From NCBI GenBank assembly GCA_003105035.1, contig PQAL01000037.1, positions 133,999-197,998 of the forward strand: DNA of 64,000 nt, read 5' to 3'. A program made the translations under genes and the position numbers. Shown in pieces: positions 16,358-26,391 of this stretch. Every line of letters begins with the position of its first letter. Positions within the stretch are counted from its first letter, which is position 1. The notes under the pieces are model-generated. The model saw only the letters and a program-made list of their open reading frames with translations. It was not told the origin of the DNA and did no database searches. The DNA is from Anaerolineales bacterium (GTDB lineage Bacteria > Chloroflexota > Anaerolineae > Anaerolineales > UBA4823).

Positions 16358-17512
16358 TTATCTGCGTGATTCAACCTTCCTAAGCAGGATCAGTATTTCT
16401 TCCCCATATTGTTCCTGTCTCCAGGGTACGCCGTGTAAAACTTCAGATAACTCATCCATATTCCCAGGATTCTTGCTAGCAATATCATGCAACAGATCGC
16501 GGGGGAGGATGATGTCAGATTCAACCTCCAGTTCCTTCGCCTTAAGCTTACGCCACTGTTTCAAGGCTTCAACCCGAGCCAAAAAGCGGTCGTCTGGTCT
16601 CGCACTCCGAGGTCGATGGACGGGATCGGATTGCAAGCCACGCTGAACCGCCTGAAGGATGGCCTTCCCATGACGGTCGAGCTGGTGCTGGGTCATTCCC
16701 GGCAGACTTTTGAGCTCTTCCACGCTATTGGGTGAAGAGCTGGCGATTGCCTGCAAGGTACTGTCACTGATCACCTTGAATAAGGGTCTGTTTCGCTGGC
16801 GAGCCACATCATCACGGTATTTGCACAGCTCTTGCAGGATGGCTGCTTGCTGAGGTGAAAGTTTATGCACTCCATTCACCTTCCAGTAGGTTGTTTTACC
16901 GTTTTCTGGGTTGGCTTCCACGGTGCAGAGACGAATGAAATCTTCTCGAGCCAGTTTTTCCAACCCTTTTTCTTCCAGCTCTGGTTGAAGCTTATCGCGT
17001 AGAGGTAAAAGGTAATGTGTATCCTGGCGGGCGTAGTCAAGAAGGAAATCAGGCAAGGGTCTCTGCCCCCAATTGGCACGCTGATGGCGTTTGTCTACCT
17101 GAATACCAAATTCTGCTGCCAGGATAGATCCTAACCCCACTTCCGTGCGGCCCAGGATACGGGCTGCCAGCATGGTATCGAACAGATTGTTGAAGCTGAA
17201 CCCAAAGTCACGCTTCAGGCAGATCAGATCATATTCAGCAGCATGAAAGACTTTTTGGATGCGTGCATCCGTAAATATCGGACCAAGCGGGGAGAGGTCG
17301 TCCAGTGCTAGCGGATCAACGAGGAAATCTAGATCTGGGATGGAAAATTGGATCAGGCACACCTGTTCACGATAGGCGTACAAGCTGTTAGATTCGGTGT
17401 CCACTGCGATGGCAGGCTGAGTAGCCAGGATATTTGCCAATTTTTTCAACCCATCTGGTTTCGTGATAGGTTTTTGTGTGTCAGGATCGGGCATGGGGGT
17501 ATTATAGCCCAA
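16358..17512 (-). CDS. rnd: Ribonuclease D (DEDDy exonuclease + HRDC)
   Basis: AVDTESNS, KVFHAAEYD, FDTMLAA, NWGQRPL, YARQDT, C-terminal HRDC domains. Confidence 0.9.
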   Translation of the reverse strand: MGYNTPMPDPDTQKPITKPDGLKKLANILATQPAIAVDTESNSLYAYREQVCLIQFSIPDLDFLVDPLALDDLSPLGPIFTDARIQKVFHAAEYDLICLKRDFGFSFNNLFDTMLAARILGRTEVGLGSILAAEFGIQVDKRHQRANWGQRPLPDFLLDYARQDTHYLLPLRDKLQPELEEKGLEKLAREDFIRLCTVEANPENGKTTYWKVNGVHKLSPQQAAILQELCKYRDDVARQRNRPLFKVISDSTLQAIASSSPNSVEELKSLPGMTQHQLDRHGKAILQAVQRGLQSDPVHRPRSARPDDRFLARVEALKQWRKLKAKELEVESDIILPRDLLHDIASKNPGNMDELSEVLHGVPWRQEQYGEEILILLRKVESRR

Positions 17513-17577
17513 TTATTCATTTAGCCACGATTTAAGACTTCCGTCTGGAGCGGGAGTCATTGCAAGTGTGGCAGTTG

Positions 17578-18054
17578 TTACAAGCTGATTTTTGTCTTTT
17601 CCATGACCAAAGCGGCTTCACCGTCCTGGTAATATTTTGTCCACTCCCCCACTTTACTATAGCCTAACTTCTCATACAAGCGAATTGCCACATCATTGGT
17701 GGGCCGTACGCACAACCTGATCCGGTTCACCGGCACCTGTGCTTCGCATGCCTCGATGAGCATCGCACCGATCCCGCGACCACGGTACTCAGGAAGCACG
17801 CCCACAGTGGCTATCCAGGCGACACCTTCCGTTCGGCGCACATCCCCAGCAATAAAACCCACCATCTGCCTGTCATGAACTGCCTTTAAACGGACCACTC
17901 CCCGGAAGGACAATACACTGATCAGATCCAGTAATGGCCAGGCATCTTTGGGAAAGCAGATTTGTTCCAGGTGGCGTAAAGGACCCAGGTCATGTAATGT
18001 CGCTGCTTCGATGGTTACGTTAGTAGCTGAATGGATATCTGAGGTGGTATTCAT
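17578..18054 (-). CDS. RimI-like GNAT N-acetyltransferase
   Basis: VLPEYRGRGIG, LCVRPTNDVAIRLYEKLGY, YYQDGEAALVM. Confidence 0.85.
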   Translation of the reverse strand: MNTTSDIHSATNVTIEAATLHDLGPLRHLEQICFPKDAWPLLDLISVLSFRGVVRLKAVHDRQMVGFIAGDVRRTEGVAWIATVGVLPEYRGRGIGAMLIEACEAQVPVNRIRLCVRPTNDVAIRLYEKLGYSKVGEWTKYYQDGEAALVMEKTKISL

Positions 18055-18084
18055 GAGTAGGAAAGTGAATTATCGCTAAAATAC

Positions 18085-18125
18085 ACGCAATACGGAGCAC
18101 CAGCGAAATGTACTCCGTATTGCGT
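18085..18125. terminator. Hairpin after the SPFH gene
   Basis: 13-bp perfect stem ACGCAATACGGAG / CTCCGTATTGCGT. Confidence 0.65.
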
Positions 18126-18142
18126 TATTCATCGGCTATGTA

Positions 18143-19057
18143 CTATTTCTGCTCTTCCTTCGCTTCACCTTTCATAAAACTCGATAGCAGGCTGGTGAAT
18201 TCCATCGGGAAGATATACTTCGTGGAGGCACCTAACCCGATTGACTTCAGGGTTTCAAAGTACTGTAAGGTCATGGTCTTCTGATCCACGGTCTTGGCGC
18301 TGGCGTAAATCTTCTCCAAAGCCATCGAGAAACCTTCAGCGCGTAGGAGCTGCGCCTGCCGCTCACCTTCTGCACGCAGGATGTTACCCTGTTTCTCGCC
18401 CTCTGCACGCAGGATGGCACTCTGCTTCTCACCGTCAGCTACGTTAATGGCGGCTTCACGGGTACCAGTGGATTCGGTCACCACGGCACGGCGGATACGC
18501 TCAGCAGACATCTGGCGGTTCATGGCATCCTGTACGTCGCGCGGTGGGATGATCTCACGGATTTCAACGTTGGTTACCTTGACACCCCAGCGTTCGGTCA
18601 CCTCATCCAGACGGGTGCGGAGCATGTTGTTGATATGCTCACGCTCGGAAAGCACTTCGTCAAGCATGATCCCACCGATGACAGCACGCAAGGTAGTGGT
18701 TGCCATACCCAGGGCGGCTGCCTCAAAACTCCCAACCTGCAACACGCTATCCATCGGATTCAGCACCTTGTAGTACCACAAGAAGTCGATACTGATTGGG
18801 GCGTTATCTTTGGTGATGGAAGTTTGATGGGGCACTTCACGCACCTGTTCCCGCAAGTCTACAGAGACGCCCCGATCGACGATAGGGATCAGGAGAACGA
18901 TGCCTGGGCCACGTGCGCCTACACAACGGCCCAGCCGAAAGACGACCAGGCGGACATATTCCGGCACCACCCGGATGGCGCTGGCCAGGAGGATGATCGC
19001 CAGGATGATCAAACCTCCAACCAGGCACAAGACAATGGTTAACTCAGTACTTCCCAT
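18143..19057 (-). CDS. SPFH/band 7 (stomatin-like) membrane protein
   Basis: N-terminal TM helix, VVFRLGR..GPG, ITKDN, TTLRAVIG, AMNRQMSAER, AEGEKQ repeats. Confidence 0.92.
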   Translation of the reverse strand: MGSTELTIVLCLVGGLIILAIILLASAIRVVPEYVRLVVFRLGRCVGARGPGIVLLIPIVDRGVSVDLREQVREVPHQTSITKDNAPISIDFLWYYKVLNPMDSVLQVGSFEAAALGMATTTLRAVIGGIMLDEVLSEREHINNMLRTRLDEVTERWGVKVTNVEIREIIPPRDVQDAMNRQMSAERIRRAVVTESTGTREAAINVADGEKQSAILRAEGEKQGNILRAEGERQAQLLRAEGFSMALEKIYASAKTVDQKTMTLQYFETLKSIGLGASTKYIFPMEFTSLLSSFMKGEAKEEQK

Positions 19058-19100
19058 AATTAGCCTCCTTGGAAAATGGGTTGAACGATATGAATATCAA

Positions 19101-19718
19101 TCATAAGGTGTTCTCTTCTGGTGATGGCACCAGCTCGACCTCCAGAATAAAACCATCCCGTTTCACCACCTTCACTTTACTACCCGAATAGATTTTTGAC
19201 TTGCTGCGTGCACTCCACAGCTCTGAGCCAATCTGGACAGAGCCTTCATCCAGGATATCGGTTTTGGCTTCGCCTATATCGCCAATGATTTTCGCTAGGT
19301 CGTGTTTTGGCTTCAACTTCTCTGATTCTAGGACCTTGGTGCCTGCGATCCAGATAAACCCACACGCAAGAACAGATCCAATGATGGCCAGTGCAGGGTT
19401 CACCCCAGGTAGCCACCACTCCTCGCCCTGAAACAGGTACGCTGAGCCAAGCGCAAAGGCAATCAGGGCGACAACCAGGAAAGCGATATTACGCGATTTC
19501 CGTACAGCCAGGATGAATGGGACCACACCTAAGATCAACAATCCCAGGGCCCAAAAATTGATGGGGAGCTGAGTCATCTCCCAGCCTGCCAGCAATAGGA
19601 CAAACAAGGCGCTGACTTCCAGGATTCCCGTACCTGGGGCAAACAATGCCATGACTGTCAGGACCACACCAACGACCAGAATGATATATGCTACATTAGG
19701 ATTGATCAATATCTCCAT
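19101..19718 (-). CDS. NfeD-family membrane protein
   Basis: NPNVAYIIL, PGTGILE TM region, C-terminal OB fold GSVQIGSELWSARS. Paired with SPFH. Confidence 0.88.
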   Translation of the reverse strand: MEILINPNVAYIILVVGVVLTVMALFAPGTGILEVSALFVLLLAGWEMTQLPINFWALGLLILGVVPFILAVRKSRNIAFLVVALIAFALGSAYLFQGEEWWLPGVNPALAIIGSVLACGFIWIAGTKVLESEKLKPKHDLAKIIGDIGEAKTDILDEGSVQIGSELWSARSKSKIYSGSKVKVVKRDGFILEVELVPSPEENTL

Positions 19719-19841
19719 ACGTATGCCCTCCAGAGGCGATTTGATTATACATCAGATTGATTTTTCGTCTCTTGACACTAATTATGCAACCAAATTCCCA
19801 CAGGTGGCTGAGGGAATCTTAGGATTTGGTATGATTAAGCC

Positions 19842-20558
19842 ATGCAGCCATTCTCGATGATCATCGGCTTAGGCGCGTTAGCTGGTTTGCTGCTCGTAAC
19901 CTGGCGTGCGCCGCAAAAAGAGCGCTTGCGATATGTAGACGCAGGAATATTAACATTATTGGGTTCATTGATTGGCAGTCGCCTGATGACAGTTGCGGTA
20001 AATTGGTCTTACTATGCATCCAACCTGGGTGAGATATTCAAAGTATGGATGGGTGGTCTATCTGGAATAGGGGCCTTGACTGGAGGAATTCTGGCAGTTT
20101 TGATCCTGTCGTTATGGTGGAAAACCCCCTTGGGAGTACTGGCGGATGCCTTACTTCCCCTGGCTGGAACGGTCACCATTGCAGCCTGGCTGGGCTGCTG
20201 GCTGGATAGCTGCAGCTACGGGTATCCATCAACAGCCTGGTGGGCAATCCCAGCCAGGGACGAGTGGGGGGTAAGTGCCAATCGCTTCCCTGTCCAATTC
20301 ATCGGAGCGATCCTGACCCTGATCATGATCTGGAGTATTGACAAAGCTGGGTTGCACCTTCAGGCTCAAGGTTTAAGCGCGGCGTTAGGTTTGTTCGGAT
20401 TATCTGCAGTAATACTCGGGCTCTCCTACTTCAGGATCGATCCGACACCAGTCTGGCATGGATTGAGGCTGGAAGCCTGGGGGGCACTTGCGCTGATGAT
20501 ATTCTCATCTGTAACAGTGGTGGTATTATTGTTGCGCTGGATGTTAAGTAAAAAGTAG
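19842..20558 (+). CDS. Prolipoprotein diacylglyceryl transferase (Lgt)-like membrane protein, divergent
   Basis: LIGSRL, WMGGLS..GG, LADA, LGCWLDSCSYG, RFPVQ follow the Lgt layout, but key residues are substituted. Confidence 0.7.
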   Translation: MQPFSMIIGLGALAGLLLVTWRAPQKERLRYVDAGILTLLGSLIGSRLMTVAVNWSYYASNLGEIFKVWMGGLSGIGALTGGILAVLILSLWWKTPLGVLADALLPLAGTVTIAAWLGCWLDSCSYGYPSTAWWAIPARDEWGVSANRFPVQFIGAILTLIMIWSIDKAGLHLQAQGLSAALGLFGLSAVILGLSYFRIDPTPVWHGLRLEAWGALALMIFSSVTVVVLLLRWMLSKK

Positions 20559-20598
20559 ATATTCCCAGGCTGATGCATTCCAACCTGGGGAGGTGAAC

Positions 20599-21468
20599 AT
20601 GAAGTTAAAGATCGCCTTAGCCCAAATCAATACCCACCTGGGTGATGTGAACGCCAACCTGGACAAGCACCTTGAGCTGATCAAACAGGCACAAGAATCC
20701 GGTGCGCAGTTGGTTGTGTTCCCTGAGTTATCGCTTACCGGTTATTGTTTGCAAGACATGGTACCCAATGTAGTCCATAAGGCATCCAGCGATGATCCAA
20801 TATTCGGACCACTGCTTACAGCCAGCCAGAATTCAGACATCGTGGTAGGTTTTGTTGATGAAGACCAGCGGCATCGCTTCTTCATTTCATCAGCTTATCT
20901 GTCGGGCGGGCAGGTGTTACACGTCCATCACAAGGTGTATTTACCCACCTACGGGCTCTTTGATGAGGGGCGTTTCTTCGACTGGGGTGATTCAATCCGG
21001 GCATTTGACACGCCTTTTGGACGGGTAGGAATCCTGATTTGCGAGGATTTCTGGCATGCTTCCCCACCCTACCTGCTGTGGCTGGATGGAGCCGACATCT
21101 TCCTGCTTACGTCTGCTTCTCCAGGACGCGGATTAGGTCCCGAGCCTGTAATCGGATCTGCTCGCTGGGTAGAGGACGTAAACAGGGCCTACTCCAGCTT
21201 ATTCACAACCTTTATAGTGCACGCCAACCGGGTCGGCTTCGAGGATGGTTTGAACTTCTGGGGCGGATCGACCATTTACGACCCGAATGGTGAGCTGGTC
21301 GCCAAAGCTCCATACTTTGAGGAAACCCTGCTTTTCTCTGAAATAGACCTGAACCAGATGCATCGCACACGCGCTCGCCTGCCGTTGCTGCGTGACGAGC
21401 GTACCGCCCTCACAATGCACGAGCTTCGCAGGATCTTGGGTACAACTGATCCGACCAATACCAGATAG
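20599..21468 (+). CDS. Carbon-nitrogen hydrolase; glutaminase subunit of NAD synthetase
   Basis: FPELSLTGY, HHKVYLPTYGLFDEGRFF, LICEDFW (E-K-C triad). Adjacent to nadE. Confidence 0.88.
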   Translation: MKLKIALAQINTHLGDVNANLDKHLELIKQAQESGAQLVVFPELSLTGYCLQDMVPNVVHKASSDDPIFGPLLTASQNSDIVVGFVDEDQRHRFFISSAYLSGGQVLHVHHKVYLPTYGLFDEGRFFDWGDSIRAFDTPFGRVGILICEDFWHASPPYLLWLDGADIFLLTSASPGRGLGPEPVIGSARWVEDVNRAYSSLFTTFIVHANRVGFEDGLNFWGGSTIYDPNGELVAKAPYFEETLLFSEIDLNQMHRTRARLPLLRDERTALTMHELRRILGTTDPTNTR

Positions 21469-21516
21469 TGAGCAGATGATGGTAGTATGGATGATTACCT
21501 CAAACAAGACTATTGA

Positions 21517-22362
21517 ATGGGTGAGCCTATGAAACACAAACAAGTCGACCTGACCATCAACACCGATACCGCCAGGCAGATCCTGACCGGTTTCATCCAC
21601 TCGGAACTCACCCGGGCAGGTTTTTCAAAGGCAGTGGTCAACATCTCAGGCGGGTTGGATTCCTCATTATCATGCTACCTGGCCTGCGAAGCATTGGGAG
21701 CCGAGAACATCCTGGCGCTGCGCCTGCCATATAAAACCTCGGCAGCCGATGCCAATGACCACGCTCAGCTGGTGATTGATGGACTGGGTATCCAATCCCT
21801 GACCATCCCCATCACTGAGATGGCTGATGGACTGATCAGCCAGTTCCCAGACATGAACCGGGTGCGCCAGGGGAATATCATGGCGCGCATGCGCATGACC
21901 GTCCTGTACGACCAGTCAGAAGCTTTCCATGGCCTGGCGGTAGGCACCGGCAATAAGACCGAGATTTTGCTCGGATATACTACCCTATATGGTGATTCAG
22001 CCTGTGCGGTCAACCCACTGGGTGACCTGTATAAGACACAGGTGCGCCAGCTGGCCAGGGCAGTGGGAGTCCCGCAAGTGATCATTGACAAGCCGCCCAC
22101 CGCAGACCTATGGCTTGGGCAGACTGACGAAGGCGAGCTGGGCTTCACCTATGCCGAAGTGGATCAGCTGCTTTTCCTGCTCGTGGACCAGCGCTACAGC
22201 CCGGAGGATTGCATTGAAGCTGGTTTCAGTGAAAGCTTCGTGCGGACGGTGATCGAAAGGATCAGGCGCAACCAATTCAAACGCCTGATGCCCCCGGTTG
22301 CCAAGCTAAGCAACCGCACAGTCGGTTATGACTTCTTATATCTCCGCGATTGGGGGACTTGA
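21517..22362 (+). CDS. nadE: NAD+ synthetase
   Basis: ISGGLDSS, GNIMARMRM, GTGNKTE, GYTTLYGD, DLYKTQV, PPTADLW..QTDE. Confidence 0.95.
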   Translation: MGEPMKHKQVDLTINTDTARQILTGFIHSELTRAGFSKAVVNISGGLDSSLSCYLACEALGAENILALRLPYKTSAADANDHAQLVIDGLGIQSLTIPITEMADGLISQFPDMNRVRQGNIMARMRMTVLYDQSEAFHGLAVGTGNKTEILLGYTTLYGDSACAVNPLGDLYKTQVRQLARAVGVPQVIIDKPPTADLWLGQTDEGELGFTYAEVDQLLFLLVDQRYSPEDCIEAGFSESFVRTVIERIRRNQFKRLMPPVAKLSNRTVGYDFLYLRDWGT

Positions 22363-22371
22363 CGACCACCA

Positions 22372-23694
22372 TTGTTGCCCACGTCTCCATCATCAAACCA
22401 GTCGCCTCCTGACAAAGCTCACACGAGGGGTAAGCACCGATTCCGCATCCACATCCCGCCATCTCTCCATCACCGGCGCTACTTCCTGCTGTGGCTAGGT
22501 TTATTGATATCCATAACCGGCTCACAAATGCAGGTATGGGCGGTTTTGTGGCAAATCCGTACGCTGACTGACCAACCGATTGCCCTGGGAGGCGTTGGGC
22601 TGGCGCGTATCATCCCGGTGATCGTCTTCTCCTTGATCGGCGGAGCTTTCGCAGATGTGCATAACCGGCGCCATATCCTGTTTATCACCCAATCGGGGAT
22701 GGCTATCGTAGCACTGATCCTGGGTTGGCTGAGCCTGACAGGGAATATCGATCTCTGGCATATCTATTTGCTGATGGCCTTGCAGGCAGTTGCCATGGCA
22801 TTCAACGGCCCCGCACTTCAATCGCTGGTGCCCAACCTGGTGCCAGGGAAGGACTTGCCGAATGCCTTCAGCATGAACTCGATCGCCAACCAGGTTGGAT
22901 CGATCGTTGGTCCAGCACTCAGCGGCATCGTCATCGCAGCCGGAGAACTATCCTACGTCTATATAATCAATGCAATTTCCTTTATGGCGGTGATCGTGGC
23001 GTTATTCCTGATGGGACCTGTCGAGCAACAGAAGACGGCTGGCGCAAAGAATGGAAAGGTCAGTGTGACAGCCATTGCAGAGGGTGTACGCTTCATCTTG
23101 AACCAGCCACTGATTCTGTCAACCATGATCTTGGACTTCTTCGCCACATTCTTCGCTTCGGCTAACACGCTTATGCCGATCATCGCCCGTGACGTCCTGC
23201 ATGTTGGGGCAGTGGCGTATGGATGGCTTTCTTCCGCACAGGCGATCGGGGCAATGGTCGCCGCGCTGGTTATCTCGCAGATGCACCAGATCCGCCGCCA
23301 GGGGATGATTTTCCTGTCAGCTGTGATTGTTTTCGGGGCAGCTACAATCTTTTTCGGATTCAGCCGTAGCTTCATCCTGGCAATGCTGGCCTTGATCGTT
23401 ATCGGTGGGGCCGACACGGTCAGCACGATCATCCGCAATACCATCCGCCAGCTTTCCACACCCGATTACATCCGCGGCCGCATGACCAGCGTTAACCAGA
23501 TCTTCTTTCAGGGTGGTCCGCAGCTGGGTGAGGTTGAAGCAGGCCTGGTAGCACAAATCACTTCTGCCCCGATTGCTATTATCACTGGCGGCATTGGATG
23601 CATCGTAGCCACCATCTGGATTGCACGACGCTGGCCACAAATTCGCACGTATAATGGCGATGAGCCGATAGCTGCTGGGAAATCCGCACCCTGA
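22372..23694 (+). CDS. MFS transporter (DHA3/EntS-like)
   Basis: About 12 TM helices, GGAFADVHNRR motif A, TPDYIRGRM. Confidence 0.88.
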   Translation: MLPTSPSSNQSPPDKAHTRGKHRFRIHIPPSLHHRRYFLLWLGLLISITGSQMQVWAVLWQIRTLTDQPIALGGVGLARIIPVIVFSLIGGAFADVHNRRHILFITQSGMAIVALILGWLSLTGNIDLWHIYLLMALQAVAMAFNGPALQSLVPNLVPGKDLPNAFSMNSIANQVGSIVGPALSGIVIAAGELSYVYIINAISFMAVIVALFLMGPVEQQKTAGAKNGKVSVTAIAEGVRFILNQPLILSTMILDFFATFFASANTLMPIIARDVLHVGAVAYGWLSSAQAIGAMVAALVISQMHQIRRQGMIFLSAVIVFGAATIFFGFSRSFILAMLALIVIGGADTVSTIIRNTIRQLSTPDYIRGRMTSVNQIFFQGGPQLGEVEAGLVAQITSAPIAIITGGIGCIVATIWIARRWPQIRTYNGDEPIAAGKSAP

Positions 23695-23719
23695 ACACCT
23701 CTGCTATAATCACAACACC

Positions 23720-24268
23720 ATGGTAGTCTCTGACCCAAGCGAAGTCTATATCTGCGTGGACGTGGAAACCTCCGGGCTGATCCCAGTCGACTATTCACTG
23801 CTTTCCATCGGTGCCTGCACGATCATCGAGCCGCGATCCACATTCTATATCGAGCTAAAACCCATCAACGAAAACTCTACTGCTGAAGCAGCCAATGTGC
23901 ACAAACTCTCATTTGAACGCCTGATGCACACTGGTGTTTCTCCCGTGACAGCCATGCAGAATTTCGCAGGATGGTTGGAGCAGCAAACCCCGCCAGGTAA
24001 ACATGCTATCTTCGTGGCGTTCAATGCGCCCTTTGATTGGATGTTTGTTAACTACTATTTCATCCACTATATAGGCCATAATCCCTTTGGCCATGCAGCC
24101 CTGGACATCAAAGCGTATTACATGGGCCGGGCAGGAGTATCCTGGTCACAAACCTCCTGGCGGTTCATCAGCCCAAACCTGACAGAAAAGGAAAGCCTAA
24201 CCCACCATGCCCTCCAGGATGCGATTGACCAGGCAGACTTATTCCTGAAGATTCTCAAGGAGACATAA
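23720..24268 (+). CDS. DEDDh 3'-5' exonuclease
   Basis: VDVETSG, FNAPFDW, THHALQDA. Confidence 0.88.
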   Translation: MVVSDPSEVYICVDVETSGLIPVDYSLLSIGACTIIEPRSTFYIELKPINENSTAEAANVHKLSFERLMHTGVSPVTAMQNFAGWLEQQTPPGKHAIFVAFNAPFDWMFVNYYFIHYIGHNPFGHAALDIKAYYMGRAGVSWSQTSWRFISPNLTEKESLTHHALQDAIDQADLFLKILKET

Positions 24269-24272
24269 ACCA

Positions 24273-25604
24273 GTGACTGAAGCACAAGCACCCACCCCCG
24301 GCGCCGATCTTAGGCGCATCATCGATTCAGCCCACCGACTCGGTATCGAGCTGGATGAAACCGAAGCCCTCCAGTGGCTGACGGCGATTGTATCCTTTAA
24401 ATCCACCATGGACATCTCTGTGGACGCCGATACCGGAGTATTCGGCAACAAGATTGTCATGCTGGATTTCAGCACCCAGGACCTGGCACATTTCCGTGAG
24501 GTGGGCCACCTGGTGGAATTCTACGACGAGCCTGGTGTGGTTGAAACCGCTCTGGCACTCTCTGGGTCATCAGCCCAATCCAAGATCCAAACCTACCCTG
24601 GGGACTGCGACTATTTTGAACGGATCAACATCATTGCCACGACAAGAGAGCAAGCCTGTCAGATCCTTTCGCGCCTGATGCGTGATAAGGCCTTGAGCTC
24701 AATGAAAGGGCCCACCTACCAACTCCTGGAAGTCAAGTTCGGCAGTTACCCATTTGACTTACTGAAGGGTGACCGGCAGGTGCGGGCTGGCACCCCTATA
24801 TCCTGGTTGCCGGATGAGATCCAAGCAGGACAGATCGATGGCAGGCTGGCAGACGGAGCAACCGCGGCTGTTCGTTGGGAGGATGTAGCAGTCAACCCCG
24901 GCTGGTGCAAGCTAGACTGGGTGATTGCTGACCCAGTACGCGGTCAGCTTTCCAATGCCAGTAACATGCTGGATGTGACCTGGGAAGCCCCGGATGGCTC
25001 AATCACGCCCCTGGATGGATACCTCGACCCATATTTTCAGGAGGTTTACCTGGATGCACAATCCATCCCGATCTTCTCAAAGCTATCCAGGCACGTCTCG
25101 GCAGATGCGCTGGATGAGTACGTGAGGCAGCTTGAACACGAAGTGAACAAGTACCTGACCAAAGATATCAACTACGGCAAGGTGGCCAAGCGCCTTTATA
25201 ACATCTTCCGGCTCACTGGCCGCTATGAAGACGCGGCCTTCCTGCGCGACTTGTTTGATGAACCAACCACCCTGCTGTACCAGGTATGGTCGCTGATCCG
25301 CACCATCGACGATGCATTCAAACCTGAAACATCGATCACGCTTGACCAACTGCTTTCACAGGCTGACCAGTTGATCTTGGGTGTCATCCGCGTGCTGGAA
25401 GGCGACCAGGAATCAGAGATCGTACGCCTGCTGCTCAGGCTGAGAGACGCTTTGAGCCGTCAGGAACCCGGGCAAGCGCTCAGCGGAGCTGCTGAAGCTG
25501 CTCGGGCGGAGGTAATCAACCTGGTCAACAACTTCTTCTATGAAAAGCTGACTGCGGTCCCGTCTATCAAAGAGTACATGGATGGCATAAGGATGGCTGG
25601 CTAA
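24273..25604 (+). CDS. Hypothetical protein with Pol-beta-type nucleotidyltransferase motif
   Basis: LSGSSAQSKIQTYPGDCDYF (hGS...DxD), candidate third Asp in CKLDWVI, helical C-terminal domain. Confidence 0.55.
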   Translation: MTEAQAPTPGADLRRIIDSAHRLGIELDETEALQWLTAIVSFKSTMDISVDADTGVFGNKIVMLDFSTQDLAHFREVGHLVEFYDEPGVVETALALSGSSAQSKIQTYPGDCDYFERINIIATTREQACQILSRLMRDKALSSMKGPTYQLLEVKFGSYPFDLLKGDRQVRAGTPISWLPDEIQAGQIDGRLADGATAAVRWEDVAVNPGWCKLDWVIADPVRGQLSNASNMLDVTWEAPDGSITPLDGYLDPYFQEVYLDAQSIPIFSKLSRHVSADALDEYVRQLEHEVNKYLTKDINYGKVAKRLYNIFRLTGRYEDAAFLRDLFDEPTTLLYQVWSLIRTIDDAFKPETSITLDQLLSQADQLILGVIRVLEGDQESEIVRLLLRLRDALSRQEPGQALSGAAEAARAEVINLVNNFFYEKLTAVPSIKEYMDGIRMAG

Positions 25605-25628
25605 TCTTCTGGGGAGGAACCATATCTT

Positions 25629-26312
25629 ATGACAGGGTTGACTGATCAGGCAGGCGGCATGAAGGTGACAGGTGGCGAGGCGATCGAAAAGGCGCACCAG
25701 GCCTGGCAGGAGAGCATGCTGAAACAGCTGGATGTGCTGCGCAGCGAGATCCTGGCGACCCAGCCAGGCAGGCTGGCAGCAAATTGCGCAGGCACTCTCA
25801 AGGACCAGCAGATTCTACTCAGATACTGGGGGCAGGAGGTGAGCATCTCCCTTCCTGACCTTCGGGCTCACAAGCTGGCAGATGGCACTGAATGCTCGGT
25901 GTATGATTCCGGAGTGCTGTTGTACTACCTCCGGGAAGCCGATGGCACACCCATGGCAGACCATTGGATCGGCTACCGCGAGCTGCCTGGTGGCAGTTTT
26001 TACAGCCAGGCTTTCCAAGGCTACAGCGGTGACCGGCTGGCACGTGTCTTCGGTGAGAATGCGGACGGCTATACACAAGCAGCACGTGCCATCGGAGGGA
26101 CAGCACTCACCGGTTTACCCGGGCTGGCGTTTAGCTTTTTACCCTTGCCGCGTGTCCGCCTGGCAGCGATCCTGTACCCAGGGGATGAAGAATTTGCGGC
26201 ACGTGGCTCGGTTCTGTTCGACGCGGCCGCCAGCCATTATATGACCACCGACGGTTTGGCGCTGTTGGGAGCAGGGTTGGTGGGCAGATTGGTTCGGGTG
26301 GGAGAAGCATGA
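25629..26312 (+). CDS. DUF3786-family protein
   Basis: LLYYL..WIGYRELPGGSFYSQAF..LPRVRL..GDEEFAARGSVLFD. Confidence 0.8.
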   Translation: MTGLTDQAGGMKVTGGEAIEKAHQAWQESMLKQLDVLRSEILATQPGRLAANCAGTLKDQQILLRYWGQEVSISLPDLRAHKLADGTECSVYDSGVLLYYLREADGTPMADHWIGYRELPGGSFYSQAFQGYSGDRLARVFGENADGYTQAARAIGGTALTGLPGLAFSFLPLPRVRLAAILYPGDEEFAARGSVLFDAAASHYMTTDGLALLGAGLVGRLVRVGEA

Positions 26313-26391
26313 AGATTTACGGGGGTAAGTAGAGTGTTGGGTTTTGGGCTAAAATGCAGCCCTCAACCGGTAAAGAACATGCCAGGTCACC

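Noticed and set aside
20599-22362. Functional link between nadE and the TIR NADase system
   Set aside because: nadE lies in the host backbone on the other side of the tRNA boundary, ~14 kb away. Proximity is probably coincidental.
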